Below are positions 20,064-29,157 of a DNA stretch of 47,288 nucleotides, in pieces; position 1 is the stretch's first letter; every line of letters starts with the position of its first letter. Under the pieces are notes generated by a model. That model searched no databases and was not told the origin of the DNA. It worked only from the letters and a program-made list of their open reading frames with translations. Source of the DNA: Nanobdellota archaeon (GTDB taxonomy: Archaea > Nanobdellota > Nanobdellia > Woesearchaeales > JAHJEM01); the NCBI GenBank assembly GCA_018825425.1, contig JAHJEM010000070.1, positions 1 through 47,288 on the forward strand, written 5' to 3'. The position numbers and the translations under genes are program-made.

Positions 20064-20948
20064 ATGGTTTTTGAACAGATTTTTGGACCCAAATGGTTAG
20101 AAAAAAAACCAGGTCTGACATTTCTTTTAGGATTTGTATATGCTGAATTAGGTATAATATCTGCTCTGCTTATTTTTCCAGAGAATCCTAGCCTGATCTC
20201 CATTGGTTTTATCAGCATCCTTATTCTTCCTTCATTGAATCAGTTGCTGAGTATGGAGACGAATCAGGATATAAAAAGAAAAAAGTTTTCCTTAATTTAT
20301 TTGTTCAAGGATCATTATGATATCTTGAGTGTTTACGCTTTCTTGTTCTTGGGAATTCTTCTGGCATATGGCATATTTGCTGCAGTTCTTCCAGCAGCTC
20401 ATACAGAGAGGGTTTTCGAGGTCCAATTGGATATATACTTCTCAAATGTGGGAAGGTCTATTGATCCTTATGTGGGTACAATACAGGGCGCCGCAGTACA
20501 GGGTGCATCCGTAGCAGGGATAGCATACAGTCAGGCAGCAGATTTCTGGAGCATATTTCTAAATAATCTTAAGGTAATACTGGTGTGTTTAGTCTTTAGT
20601 TTGGTGTATGGTGCAGGATCTATCCTTTTCCTTACCTGGAATGCGTCAGTATGGGGTACTATATTTGGATATGTGGCAAAAAGAACAGCAGATACTGGAC
20701 CTGAGATTGTTAATTTCTTTGTCATAATGGCTTGTGTATTTCCACATATGATTTCAGAGGCGCTTTCTTACTTTATGGCTGTTTTTGCCGGTGGAATAAT
20801 TTCAAAGGCAGTCATTAGAGAGAAATTTGATTCTAGGATGTTCAACCATGTGCTGCTTGATGGTTTCGTGATATTTTTTCTAGCACTGGTTCTTCTTTTG
20901 ATTGCAGCATGGTTAGAAGTATATATTTTCCCATTTTTTACCTGTTAG
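20064..20948 (+). CDS. SpoIIM/DUF95 family membrane protein
   Basis: IFLNNLKV, WNASVWG, PHMISE, AAWLE motifs. Confidence 0.8.
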   Translation: MVFEQIFGPKWLEKKPGLTFLLGFVYAELGIISALLIFPENPSLISIGFISILILPSLNQLLSMETNQDIKRKKFSLIYLFKDHYDILSVYAFLFLGILLAYGIFAAVLPAAHTERVFEVQLDIYFSNVGRSIDPYVGTIQGAAVQGASVAGIAYSQAADFWSIFLNNLKVILVCLVFSLVYGAGSILFLTWNASVWGTIFGYVAKRTADTGPEIVNFFVIMACVFPHMISEALSYFMAVFAGGIISKAVIREKFDSRMFNHVLLDGFVIFFLALVLLLIAAWLEVYIFPFFTC

Positions 20949-21030
20949 GGAATGGTGTTGACTCGATTTAAGCGCAAGGTTTAAATACTTCTATATATTC
21001 AAGCGACTAACAGAATTCAGGGTGAATAAT

Positions 21031-21567
21031 ATGGGTCAAGATGATTTTAATAAAGATATGGACAAATACATAAAAAAAAGGAAAGAATCAGATGGTGTAA
21101 CTGTCAATTTCAACATCAGAAAGAAAGCTGAAACCAAAAAATTTGACGAGGATCTCGAGGAATATGGTGAATCAAAGGGTTTTGTCTCGAGGATTTTCAA
21201 GAAAACAGAGTCTGAAGAGTTAGGTGATGATATCGAGCAATTCCAGGAACTTGAGGATGAGCTTGAAGAAATAGAGACTGAAACAGATGATTTTACCAAA
21301 GAAGAGATAGACCAAAAGAAAGTAAGTGTAATGTCTAAATTCTTTAATTTTTTCAAGTCAGAGAATCAAGAATCAATGCCTGATGATGAGAATATGGGTG
21401 AAGATATGGTTCTCATGGATGAAGAGGTCAAGGATGTTCTTAAACTGGCTCTTAAATGGATTGAAAAGCTCCCAAAGACCCGACTTAGAGAATTTAAGAC
21501 ATCTGGAGATGCTGATAAATTCAAGGATGTTCTGATTAGGTATGGGATAGCTAAGGATAAGAATTAA
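21031..21567 (+). CDS. Hypothetical acidic protein
   Basis: SD GGTGA before ATG 21031; E/D-rich ORF followed by T-rich tract. Confidence 0.7.
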   Translation: MGQDDFNKDMDKYIKKRKESDGVTVNFNIRKKAETKKFDEDLEEYGESKGFVSRIFKKTESEELGDDIEQFQELEDELEEIETETDDFTKEEIDQKKVSVMSKFFNFFKSENQESMPDDENMGEDMVLMDEEVKDVLKLALKWIEKLPKTRLREFKTSGDADKFKDVLIRYGIAKDKN

Positions 21568-21651
21568 TTTTCCAATTTTTTTAATTTTGTTTCTGATATT
21601 TTCTATATTGTTCTAATCATATTTAAAAAGCCAACTTGTTTCCTTTCCTTA

Positions 21652-22590
21652 ATGGATCCTGCACACAAAAAGCTTCTTGAAAAACAAGGTTATCGTATGG
21701 TCGGCAATCATAGCGCTGTGAAAATCTGTGATTGGACTAGAAAGAGCTTAAGAGATGAGGGTGTGTGCTATAAGCAGAAGTTTTACGGCATCCAAAGCCA
21801 TAGGTGTTGCCAGATGACACCAACTCTACATTTTTGTGATTTTCAGTGTATTTTTTGTTGGAGAGTGCGTGATAACTATGTTCCGTCAAAGATTGATGAT
21901 CCTGAAACTATAATTGATAAGGCTATTAAGGCTCAAGGAAATCTGCTTTCTGGTTTTGGAGGGTTATCCAAGGTGAACAAGGAAAAGCTGGAAGAAGCTA
22001 AGAATCCACTCCATTTTGCTATTTCTTTAAGTGGTGAGACTCTTTATTATCCAAAGCTCTCAGAACTCATAAGAGTGCTTCACAAGCGCAATATTTCCAC
22101 TTTTGTGGTCTCAAATGGGAGCCAGCCAGATGTCATGAAAAGTCTAGAAAAACCCACACAATTCTATATGTCTCTAGACAGTCCAAATCAAGAGATTTTT
22201 CTGGAAGTCAATAGGCCAGATAATCCAAAAGCATGGGATAATGTCTTGAGAAGTCTGGATGAGCTGAAAAATATGAGGGATAAAACTCGTACAACAATAA
22301 GAATTACTCTTGTAAAAAGTCAGAATGATGAGTACCCTGAGAAATATGCAGCACTTATTGAAAGGGCGCAGCCTTTGTTTGTAGAAGTCAAGGGATACAT
22401 GTTTGTAGGTGCTTCAAGACAGAAACTGAGTCTTGCCAATATGCCAAGGCATTCTGAGGTAAAAGCTTTTGCAGAAGAGATATGTAAGCACTGTTCTTAT
22501 AAGATTATTGATGAGCAAGCGAGATCAAGGGTTATTCTGCTTATGCAAGAAGATATTCCAGGACGGATAATGCGCTTTGAGGGTAAGTGA
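21652..22590 (+). CDS. taw1: 4-demethylwyosine synthase (radical SAM)
   Basis: HSAVKICDW, CYKQKFYGIQSHRC, CDFQCIFC, FVEVKGYM. Confidence 0.95.
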   Translation: MDPAHKKLLEKQGYRMVGNHSAVKICDWTRKSLRDEGVCYKQKFYGIQSHRCCQMTPTLHFCDFQCIFCWRVRDNYVPSKIDDPETIIDKAIKAQGNLLSGFGGLSKVNKEKLEEAKNPLHFAISLSGETLYYPKLSELIRVLHKRNISTFVVSNGSQPDVMKSLEKPTQFYMSLDSPNQEIFLEVNRPDNPKAWDNVLRSLDELKNMRDKTRTTIRITLVKSQNDEYPEKYAALIERAQPLFVEVKGYMFVGASRQKLSLANMPRHSEVKAFAEEICKHCSYKIIDEQARSRVILLMQEDIPGRIMRFEGK

Positions 22591-23252
22591 TGATGGGTAT
22601 CAAGGAAAATTATGAAGCTGTGCTAAAAAAGATCGAGACAGTTTCTTCTGGACGACAAATCCATGTTGTGGTTGTAACAAAAACACATCCTGCTGAACTG
22701 GTAAATGAAGCAATTTTGGCGGGCGCTAAGATTATTGGTGAGAACAAGATTCAAGAAGCAGAGGATAAGTTGCCTGCAGTTGAAGGACAGGTCAGGAAGC
22801 ATTTTATTGGTCACTTGCAGACAAACAAGGCAAAAAAAGCTTCTGAACTCTTTTGTATGATCCAGAGCCTTGACTCTGAAAAACTTGCATGTGAAATTGA
22901 TAAACGATGCGAAGTGCTTGGAAGAGTCATGCCTGTTCTAATTGAAGTGAATATATCTGGAGAGGAACAAAAATTTGGAATTAACCCTCGAGATGTGCAC
23001 GGCTTTATCAAAAAAGTATCTGGTTATGAGAATATAATTGTTGAAGGACTGATGGGTGTTGCTCCTTTTGTCGACGATGAAACCGTGGTGCGAGAGGGCT
23101 TCAGGAAACTAAAGCAAATATACGATCGCTATGCTTCTGAATTCAGGTTCAAGTATCTATCAATGGGTATGACTGAGGATTACATGATTGCAATCCAAGA
23201 AGGAAGTAATATGGTTCGAATTGGAAGGGCAATATTTGGAGAACGAAACTGA
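22587..23252 (+). CDS. yggS: PLP homeostasis protein YggS
   Basis: VVTKT, GENKIQE, HFIGHLQTNK, LSMGMT.D, VRIGRAIFG. Confidence 0.95.
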   Translation: MMMGIKENYEAVLKKIETVSSGRQIHVVVVTKTHPAELVNEAILAGAKIIGENKIQEAEDKLPAVEGQVRKHFIGHLQTNKAKKASELFCMIQSLDSEKLACEIDKRCEVLGRVMPVLIEVNISGEEQKFGINPRDVHGFIKKVSGYENIIVEGLMGVAPFVDDETVVREGFRKLKQIYDRYASEFRFKYLSMGMTEDYMIAIQEGSNMVRIGRAIFGERN

Positions 23253-23266
23253 GATGCTAATTCTAT

Positions 23267-23857
23267 TCATTTAAGTTTAAGAATGGTACCATCCGGACCT
23301 GGATTTATGATTAGTGTCTTTCCGATTTTATCTTGTTTCTTGCTTCCCTCATGGATATGACCGCAGATGTTAATCGCCGGTTGATTCTTTTCAATAAATT
23401 TCCTTATTGTTTTACAACCAACATGGGCTTGATTGACAAGGTCAACGTTGGTACGATGTGGTGGGCCGTGTGTCATGAAAATGAACTTCTTGCCCTTAAG
23501 AACCCTTGCATATTTGTCTCCTTTCTTTTCTAATTCAGGGTCTGTTTCGGTGAATCCCCCTCCACCCCAACCAAAAACATAGAGATCACGGAACTTGAAG
23601 ACCTTTCTATGGATTACCTTAATGGAATTTAATCCTTTTGCTGCAGCTCTCATACTCTCATCCGTTTCATGATTACCGTGGATGATTAAGGTATACTTAT
23701 TGAGATTGTTTAGTTTTTCGAGAAATTCTCGCAGATTGGCATCAAAGACTGTAAGATCACCTGCGCAGAGGATTATGTCTGCGTCCTCTGATTTTTTAAT
23801 AATACTGTCGAATTTTCTTCTTTCTCCGTGTGTGTCAACAAATGCCAAAATGTTCAT
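23267..23857 (-). CDS. Calcineurin-like metallophosphoesterase
   Basis: DTHG, GD, GNHE, HGPP, GHIHE, NPG. Confidence 0.9.
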   Translation of the reverse strand: MNILAFVDTHGERRKFDSIIKKSEDADIILCAGDLTVFDANLREFLEKLNNLNKYTLIIHGNHETDESMRAAAKGLNSIKVIHRKVFKFRDLYVFGWGGGGFTETDPELEKKGDKYARVLKGKKFIFMTHGPPHRTNVDLVNQAHVGCKTIRKFIEKNQPAINICGHIHEGSKKQDKIGKTLIINPGPDGTILKLK

Positions 23858-23906
23858 GATGATTGGAGGAAGTGGGGATTTATAAATTTAATGTCAAGAA
23901 AAATTT

Positions 23907-24305
23907 TGGTGCTCTCCAATCTCCGTAACTGAAACTTTATCCTAATCTATCTGTTCGTCATACTCCCCCCTAAAGATTTGTCGAATTCATTCGACAAAGG
24001 GTGGAGCATTACGGACTCTTATTAACTGAGATTTTAAAGAATCTCAGAACTTTGAAAGTTTTCAACTTTCAAAGTAATGGGACAAAGTTTCTGGAAATTG
24101 CGAATCTTTGATTTGCAAGTGTTGCGAACTCGTTCGCAACAACTATTAAATCGAGCAGACGAGCCTACAATGAGAATTCCTCGAAGAGGAATTATAGGGA
24201 CTATCGAAATCTAAAAGATTTCGAAAGTGTCTCCCACCTCACAGAGATTTTTAAAGAAAATCTTTGGGACTCTTGAATACTAGATTCAAGAGAAAAGGTT
24301 GGAGC
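23907..24305. ncRNA. Candidate large structured RNA or palindrome cluster, family unidentified
   Basis: ORF-free region with nine 8-12-bp hairpins, terminal pairing 23914-23922/24296-24304 and three long-range complementary pairs. Confidence 0.55.
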
Positions 24306-24384
24306 TTTGGATCGATTTAAGAGTAACCTTTATTAATGAACTCAATCTTTTCGAATGGATTTAATAATTTAGAAGGTGATATTA

Positions 24385-25641
24385 ATGGATAAGGGAGATA
24401 ATTACGAAGTAAAAGACATAAAACTTGCTGAGCAAGGGAAGAGGAATGTTGAATGGGCGGAAATGGAAATGGGAGCCCTTCTCAAAATTCGTGCGCAGTT
24501 TGAAAAGGACAAGCCTCTTAAGGGAATGAGGGTTGGAATGGCACTTCACGTGACTAAGGAAACTGCAGCTCTTGTAAGGACTATTATTGCAGGTGGAGCA
24601 GAGGTTGCAATCACAGGATGTAACCCATTAAGCACACAAGATGATGTTGCAGCATTCCTGGCAAAAGAAGGAGTTCTTGTTTGGGCATATAAGGGTGAAA
24701 GCAACGAAGATTATTACAGATATATTGATAATGTAATTAAATTCAAGCCACACCTAACAATTGACGATGGTATGGATCTAGTATCAGAGATTCATAAGAA
24801 GTATCCTGAGATGATTCCTGACATTATTGGTGGATGCGAGGAGACCACAACAGGAATAATAAGATTGCATGCAATGCAAAAAGACGGTGCACTCAAGTAT
24901 CCTGTAATTGCGGTTAATGATAACAAGACCAAACATCTGCTTGACAATTATTATGGGACTGGTCAAAGCACTCTTGATGGAGTGATCAGAGCAAGTAACA
25001 TCCTGATTGCAGGAAAAAATGTGGTTATTGCAGGTTATGGTAGCTGTGGTAAAGGTGCTGCTCTACGGGCAAAAGGACTTGGCGCAAGTGTAATCGTAAC
25101 TGAAGTCGCTCCATTTCCTGCTCTGCAGGCGAAAATGGACGGACACCAAGTAATGAAGATGAAAGATGCAGTTTCCGTGGGAGACATATTCATAACAATG
25201 ACTGGGAATAAGAATGTAATTACTCCAGAACACTGTAAAGGCATGAAAAACGGTGCAATCATATGTAACAGTGGTCATTTCACAAACGAGATTGATGTTG
25301 ATTCATTGGATAAGCTTCCAAAGCGGGAAATAAGACCCTTATTTGATGAATACATCGTTGGTGGCAAGAAGATATACCTTGCTGGCGAAGGCAGGCTTGT
25401 GAATCTTGCCTGTGCAGAAGGCCATCCAAGCCTTGTAATGAGCACAAGCTTCTGTGGCCAGGCACTGAGCCTGAAATATCTGGTTGAAATGAAAGGGAAG
25501 TTGAAGCCTGAAGTTGTGATGTTGCCTCCTGAATTGGATGATTATATTGCAACTATCCAGAATGAATCACTTGGTGTTGAATTGGATGAATTGACACCTG
25601 AACAGGTCAAGTATATGAATAGCTGGGAAGAAGGGACATAA
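24385..25641 (+). CDS. ahcY: Adenosylhomocysteinase
   Basis: SD AGGTGA; CNPLSTQD, EETTTG, DNYYGTGQS, GRLVNL...GHP. Confidence 0.97.
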   Translation: MDKGDNYEVKDIKLAEQGKRNVEWAEMEMGALLKIRAQFEKDKPLKGMRVGMALHVTKETAALVRTIIAGGAEVAITGCNPLSTQDDVAAFLAKEGVLVWAYKGESNEDYYRYIDNVIKFKPHLTIDDGMDLVSEIHKKYPEMIPDIIGGCEETTTGIIRLHAMQKDGALKYPVIAVNDNKTKHLLDNYYGTGQSTLDGVIRASNILIAGKNVVIAGYGSCGKGAALRAKGLGASVIVTEVAPFPALQAKMDGHQVMKMKDAVSVGDIFITMTGNKNVITPEHCKGMKNGAIICNSGHFTNEIDVDSLDKLPKREIRPLFDEYIVGGKKIYLAGEGRLVNLACAEGHPSLVMSTSFCGQALSLKYLVEMKGKLKPEVVMLPPELDDYIATIQNESLGVELDELTPEQVKYMNSWEEGT

Positions 25642-25679
25642 AGCAAAGCATTTATACTTGATTTTTTTGTGGAGATAAC

Positions 25680-26312
25680 ATGAATTACAAAGTCATATAC
25701 AACGAGAACTATTTTAGTGGTAAGAACTCGTTCTTCTACACGTTGGGATATGGTCGCTTTTCAGGCACATACTTTAATAGCTTGTACAAATCAATCCATA
25801 AATATGTTAAAAATGATTTCCACGTGTTAGATGTGGGTTGTGCATATGGTCTGATGCTCTTGAGGTTTCCAGATAGTGTTCAAAAGTTTGGATTGGATGT
25901 TAGCAAATACGCGATAGATATTGCGAGGTCAAAAGTTCCTGGTGCTGTTTTTAAACTTGGAAATGCAGAGCATAGATTTCCGTTTGCAGGTATTGATATG
26001 ATCCTTCTTAATGATGTCATTGAACATATTGAACAACCTGAAAGTCTTCTCAAGAATACCTACAGCGCCCTCAAACGGGGGGGTATACTGTTCATTACAA
26101 CACCCAACCTGAATATTGTACGAAAACGACTTTTTCGTTATGCTGATACCAAGGAACACCACATATCCATGTTTACCCATGAAGATTTACTAGATTTGCT
26201 GGAACGAAGCGGATTTTCAGTCTTGGAGAAGTGGACCTTCATTGATATAATATCAAGCATCCGATTGAGTTCTAATGGGCTAGAATCAGCATTTATTTGC
26301 AGGAAAAAATGA
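25680..26312 (+). CDS. Class I SAM-dependent methyltransferase
   Basis: VLDVGCAYG, DVIEH, LKRGG.LFITTPN. Confidence 0.9.
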   Translation: MNYKVIYNENYFSGKNSFFYTLGYGRFSGTYFNSLYKSIHKYVKNDFHVLDVGCAYGLMLLRFPDSVQKFGLDVSKYAIDIARSKVPGAVFKLGNAEHRFPFAGIDMILLNDVIEHIEQPESLLKNTYSALKRGGILFITTPNLNIVRKRLFRYADTKEHHISMFTHEDLLDLLERSGFSVLEKWTFIDIISSIRLSSNGLESAFICRKK

Positions 26313-26334
26313 TGTCTTTACTCAATATCTTTTC

Positions 26335-26988
26335 CTATGTGTTATTCTTAGAAAATATCTTCCTATAATACTCGCAATACTTTGTAATCTCACACGCCTC
26401 ACAAACTGGTCGTATTGGCTTGCATACATTCTTTCCGTGATACACAAACAGGTCATTTATGTATTTCCATGTGCTTTTATGTGCGATCTCCATTAGTGCA
26501 ATTTCTGTCTTCTCAGGTTGCTTGGTATGAACCAGGCCTAGCCTATTACTAACCCTGTGTACATGAGTATCCACAGGTATTGCCGGTTTATCAAATGCAT
26601 AAACAAGCACGCACCCTGCGGTCTTTCTGCCCACACCCGGTAATCCAGTCAGATCATCCATATTATCAGGCACCTGGCCTCCATACTCATTGATCAGAAC
26701 ATTGCTAATGTCTATAATCCTTTTTGCTTTTACTTGATAGAAGCCGCTTTTTTTTATGATTTTCTCAACTTCTTTTCGCTTAGCATTGGCAAGTTGTTTT
26801 GGAGTCTTATAATGTAAAAAAAGCTCTTTTGCAATCACTTCTGTAGTCTCATCCCTTGCACGAGCAGACAGAACAGTAGCAATCAATGATTGAAAAGGAG
26901 AACGGGCCTTACTTATCCTAGCAAGCATGGTATTTCCATAATTAGATTTTAGAATGCAGATAATTTCTGATATATTTGATTTGCTCAT
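26335..26988 (-). CDS. nth: Endonuclease III
   Basis: HhH LPGVGRKTA, VDTHVHRV, C-x6-C-x2-C-x5-C Fe-S motif. Confidence 0.95.
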   Translation of the reverse strand: MSKSNISEIICILKSNYGNTMLARISKARSPFQSLIATVLSARARDETTEVIAKELFLHYKTPKQLANAKRKEVEKIIKKSGFYQVKAKRIIDISNVLINEYGGQVPDNMDDLTGLPGVGRKTAGCVLVYAFDKPAIPVDTHVHRVSNRLGLVHTKQPEKTEIALMEIAHKSTWKYINDLFVYHGKNVCKPIRPVCEACEITKYCEYYRKIFSKNNT

Positions 26989-27098
26989 CGGAAATAAGTG
27001 AACACAAGTACACCAATTACCAGAAGATATATTATTCTTTCAAGGATTCGCGTATTTAAAGTTAGTGTTACTTGACTCATAAAAATACCCCCAAAAAT

Positions 27099-27929
27099 TT
27101 ATGGATACGCAGTTGTTTTGACTGTATCCACTTCTTCGTCATCATCATCAAATATTACAATTCTGATTTCTCTACTTTCATCATCATCTGGGAATGAAAC
27201 TCCTTTAATGGTGAAGAATTGAGATACTGTTTCGCCAGTTTTAACACTGCCAATCTCAAACTCTCCTCCTTGAGCTACATCATACATAGGATCACTCCTA
27301 TCCTCATAAATATAAGCTTTACCATAAAGAACCATAGTTTTGCCTTTGCCATTTTCTATCTCAAGTTTGACTGCTTTAACCTTTTTGGTGTTTTCTCCAA
27401 CACCTGCGGCGACATCAACTGTGAGAATCTTGGCTTCTAGCAAACCAGAAAGTCTCTTCTCTTCACATTTAAAATCCGCAGTGCATTCTTCATTATATTG
27501 GCAATCACTATCTTCTTCGCATTCTGGAGGTATCTCAACGCAAGCATTATCTTCGCATGTGTATCCAGAATCACAATCAGAATTCATCCTGCATTCAATA
27601 TCATCATCTGCCTCTTTGGGTTCAGAATTGCAATCATTATCATACCAATAGCCGCTACAAGTACCGCCGCAGTCAACTTGGGTCTCATCCTGATTCTTTA
27701 TTCCATCAGTGCAAGTCCCCGCTACTAGATCCGCGTCAGTTTGTGTTTCAGGTACATCTGTATCTTCCACACCTTGAAGCTCTGTGTCTGCAGTAACTTG
27801 GGCAGTTACAGCATCTCCTGTATCATGATTCCATTGAATGAAATTTAGACTTGCAAGCACGAGAATTACGATGATAAAGAAAAATCTCTCCAGACTTCGT
27901 GAGTTGACTGTTAATTGGATTTCACTCAT
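27099..27929 (-). CDS. Membrane-anchored Cys-rich surface protein
   Basis: N-terminal TM; CTDGIKNQDETQVDCGGTC; two C...DC.....C....C modules; beta-sandwich C-terminus. Confidence 0.7.
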   Translation of the reverse strand: MSEIQLTVNSRSLERFFFIIVILVLASLNFIQWNHDTGDAVTAQVTADTELQGVEDTDVPETQTDADLVAGTCTDGIKNQDETQVDCGGTCSGYWYDNDCNSEPKEADDDIECRMNSDCDSGYTCEDNACVEIPPECEEDSDCQYNEECTADFKCEEKRLSGLLEAKILTVDVAAGVGENTKKVKAVKLEIENGKGKTMVLYGKAYIYEDRSDPMYDVAQGGEFEIGSVKTGETVSQFFTIKGVSFPDDDESREIRIVIFDDDDEEVDTVKTTAYP

Positions 27930-28013
27930 TTTCTTTAAAAATGGAATGAACATAGTCATATTTAAACTTTTCTATATGTTTATCTGAGCTAAAATTCGAG
28001 AAACTGCCTTTTT

Positions 28014-28454
28014 TCAGGCTCTTATGAGCTTTTTCGGCATAAACCCTTCAACCTTGATATGTTTCACTACTGGGAATGAGGTGAACTCACTAATGTTAAA
28101 TCTATTAATGTCTTCCAAAAAGCAGTAATATTGTTCAAGATCTGAAAAAATCATGTCTGCTCCGAAATCATATTCTTGCAATGAGTAAACATTATTAGCA
28201 CTTGGGTGTCTGACAAGGTACTCCTTCAGACCAGTCCTATCCTGTGCGCTTAGATGGATGATTCTCCTGCTCTCAAAGCCCATAAACGAGAAATCAATAA
28301 TTGAGGTATGTCTAAAGTTTAGATGTGAGATTAACTGTTTATATGCTGAAAACAGGGTGGTTATGGGTATATGACGTTCGTTTGCAATGCTACTTAGGCT
28401 CTTTCTGGAATTAATCCTTAATTCTGACAATAGAATCGTATCATGTTTGCTCAT
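28014..28454 (-). CDS. Lrp/AsnC family regulator (divergent paralogue)
   Basis: NSRKSLSSIA...IPITT HTH, HTSIIDF, RAM-like domain. Confidence 0.75.
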   Translation of the reverse strand: MSKHDTILLSELRINSRKSLSSIANERHIPITTLFSAYKQLISHLNFRHTSIIDFSFMGFESRRIIHLSAQDRTGLKEYLVRHPSANNVYSLQEYDFGADMIFSDLEQYYCFLEDINRFNISEFTSFPVVKHIKVEGFMPKKLIRA

Positions 28455-28521
28455 TTGGTTAGGCCTCTTTTTTTGATATATTATTCAAGTTAATAATGCT
28501 TTTGCAGAAAATTCCGGAAAC

Positions 28522-28980
28522 TTATTGCATTGGCTGCTGTGGCAAGAGATCGGAATTTGTCAGAAAAGCCTCTTTTTTTATGTCTTCTAGAATGAAAAAC
28601 TCCTTTCTCTCTAGAATTTGGAAGGTTTCAAGTTTTTCTGAAAAGTCATTTAGATCCTGAATATCTCTAAAAATACCTTCAATCATGAAACTATATTCTC
28701 CTGCAAGCCTAAAAACGTTGTTTATACGGTTTTCGTTACTCAGAAAATTCTGCATTTTTTCCTTGTCCGCAGTCTTAATCAGCATGTTTACTCGGACATC
28801 ATAGCCCAATTTTTTGAAATCAAGAAGGGTTGTGTGTTTATGAATCAATTTCTTCTCGAACTCCTTAAGCTTATCATATATTGTGGAGACAGGTATTCTG
28901 GTTTTTCTGGATATTGAGGTTAATGGTGTCCTTGAATTCCTTCGAAAATAACTCATCAATAGTAGTTCTTTCTGATTCAT
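28522..28980 (-). CDS. Lrp/AsnC family regulator
   Basis: NSRTPLTSISRKTRIPVSTIYDKLK HTH; LDFKKLGY; GEYSF. Confidence 0.88.
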   Translation of the reverse strand: MNQKELLLMSYFRRNSRTPLTSISRKTRIPVSTIYDKLKEFEKKLIHKHTTLLDFKKLGYDVRVNMLIKTADKEKMQNFLSNENRINNVFRLAGEYSFMIEGIFRDIQDLNDFSEKLETFQILERKEFFILEDIKKEAFLTNSDLLPQQPMQ

Positions 28981-29028
28981 TGTATCCCTCCATTTTTCCT
29001 TTATTTTTCGATTTAAACCAAATATATA

Positions 29029-29141
29029 TTCCGGAAGTCTTTCAGATAAATATAAATACTGAGAGAGCTATCACTGAATGGTTCAGGATTCTTCTGAAAC
29101 TGAGTACAATATTTCCGGATTAACTCAGCAAAATTTATAAA
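29029..29141. promoter_or_regulatory. Divergent promoter region with repeated TTCCGGAA-like boxes
   Basis: TTCCGGAA 29029, TTCCGGAT 29113, variants at 29041/29082/29092; TATA TTTATAAA 29134. Confidence 0.5.
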
Positions 29142-29157
29142 TAGTTACCCCTTAGCG

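Noticed and set aside
23977..24292. CRISPR array
   Set aside because: The hairpins differ in sequence, there is no repeat-spacer periodicity and no cas gene in the window.
23907..24305. RNase P RNA, SRP RNA, tmRNA, SAH riboswitch or group I/II intron
   Set aside because: By eye I found no GAGGAAAGUCC/CR-V, no SRP helix-8 motif, no T-loop or G3-U70, and no convincing intron core or SAH consensus on either strand. A covariance search is still needed.
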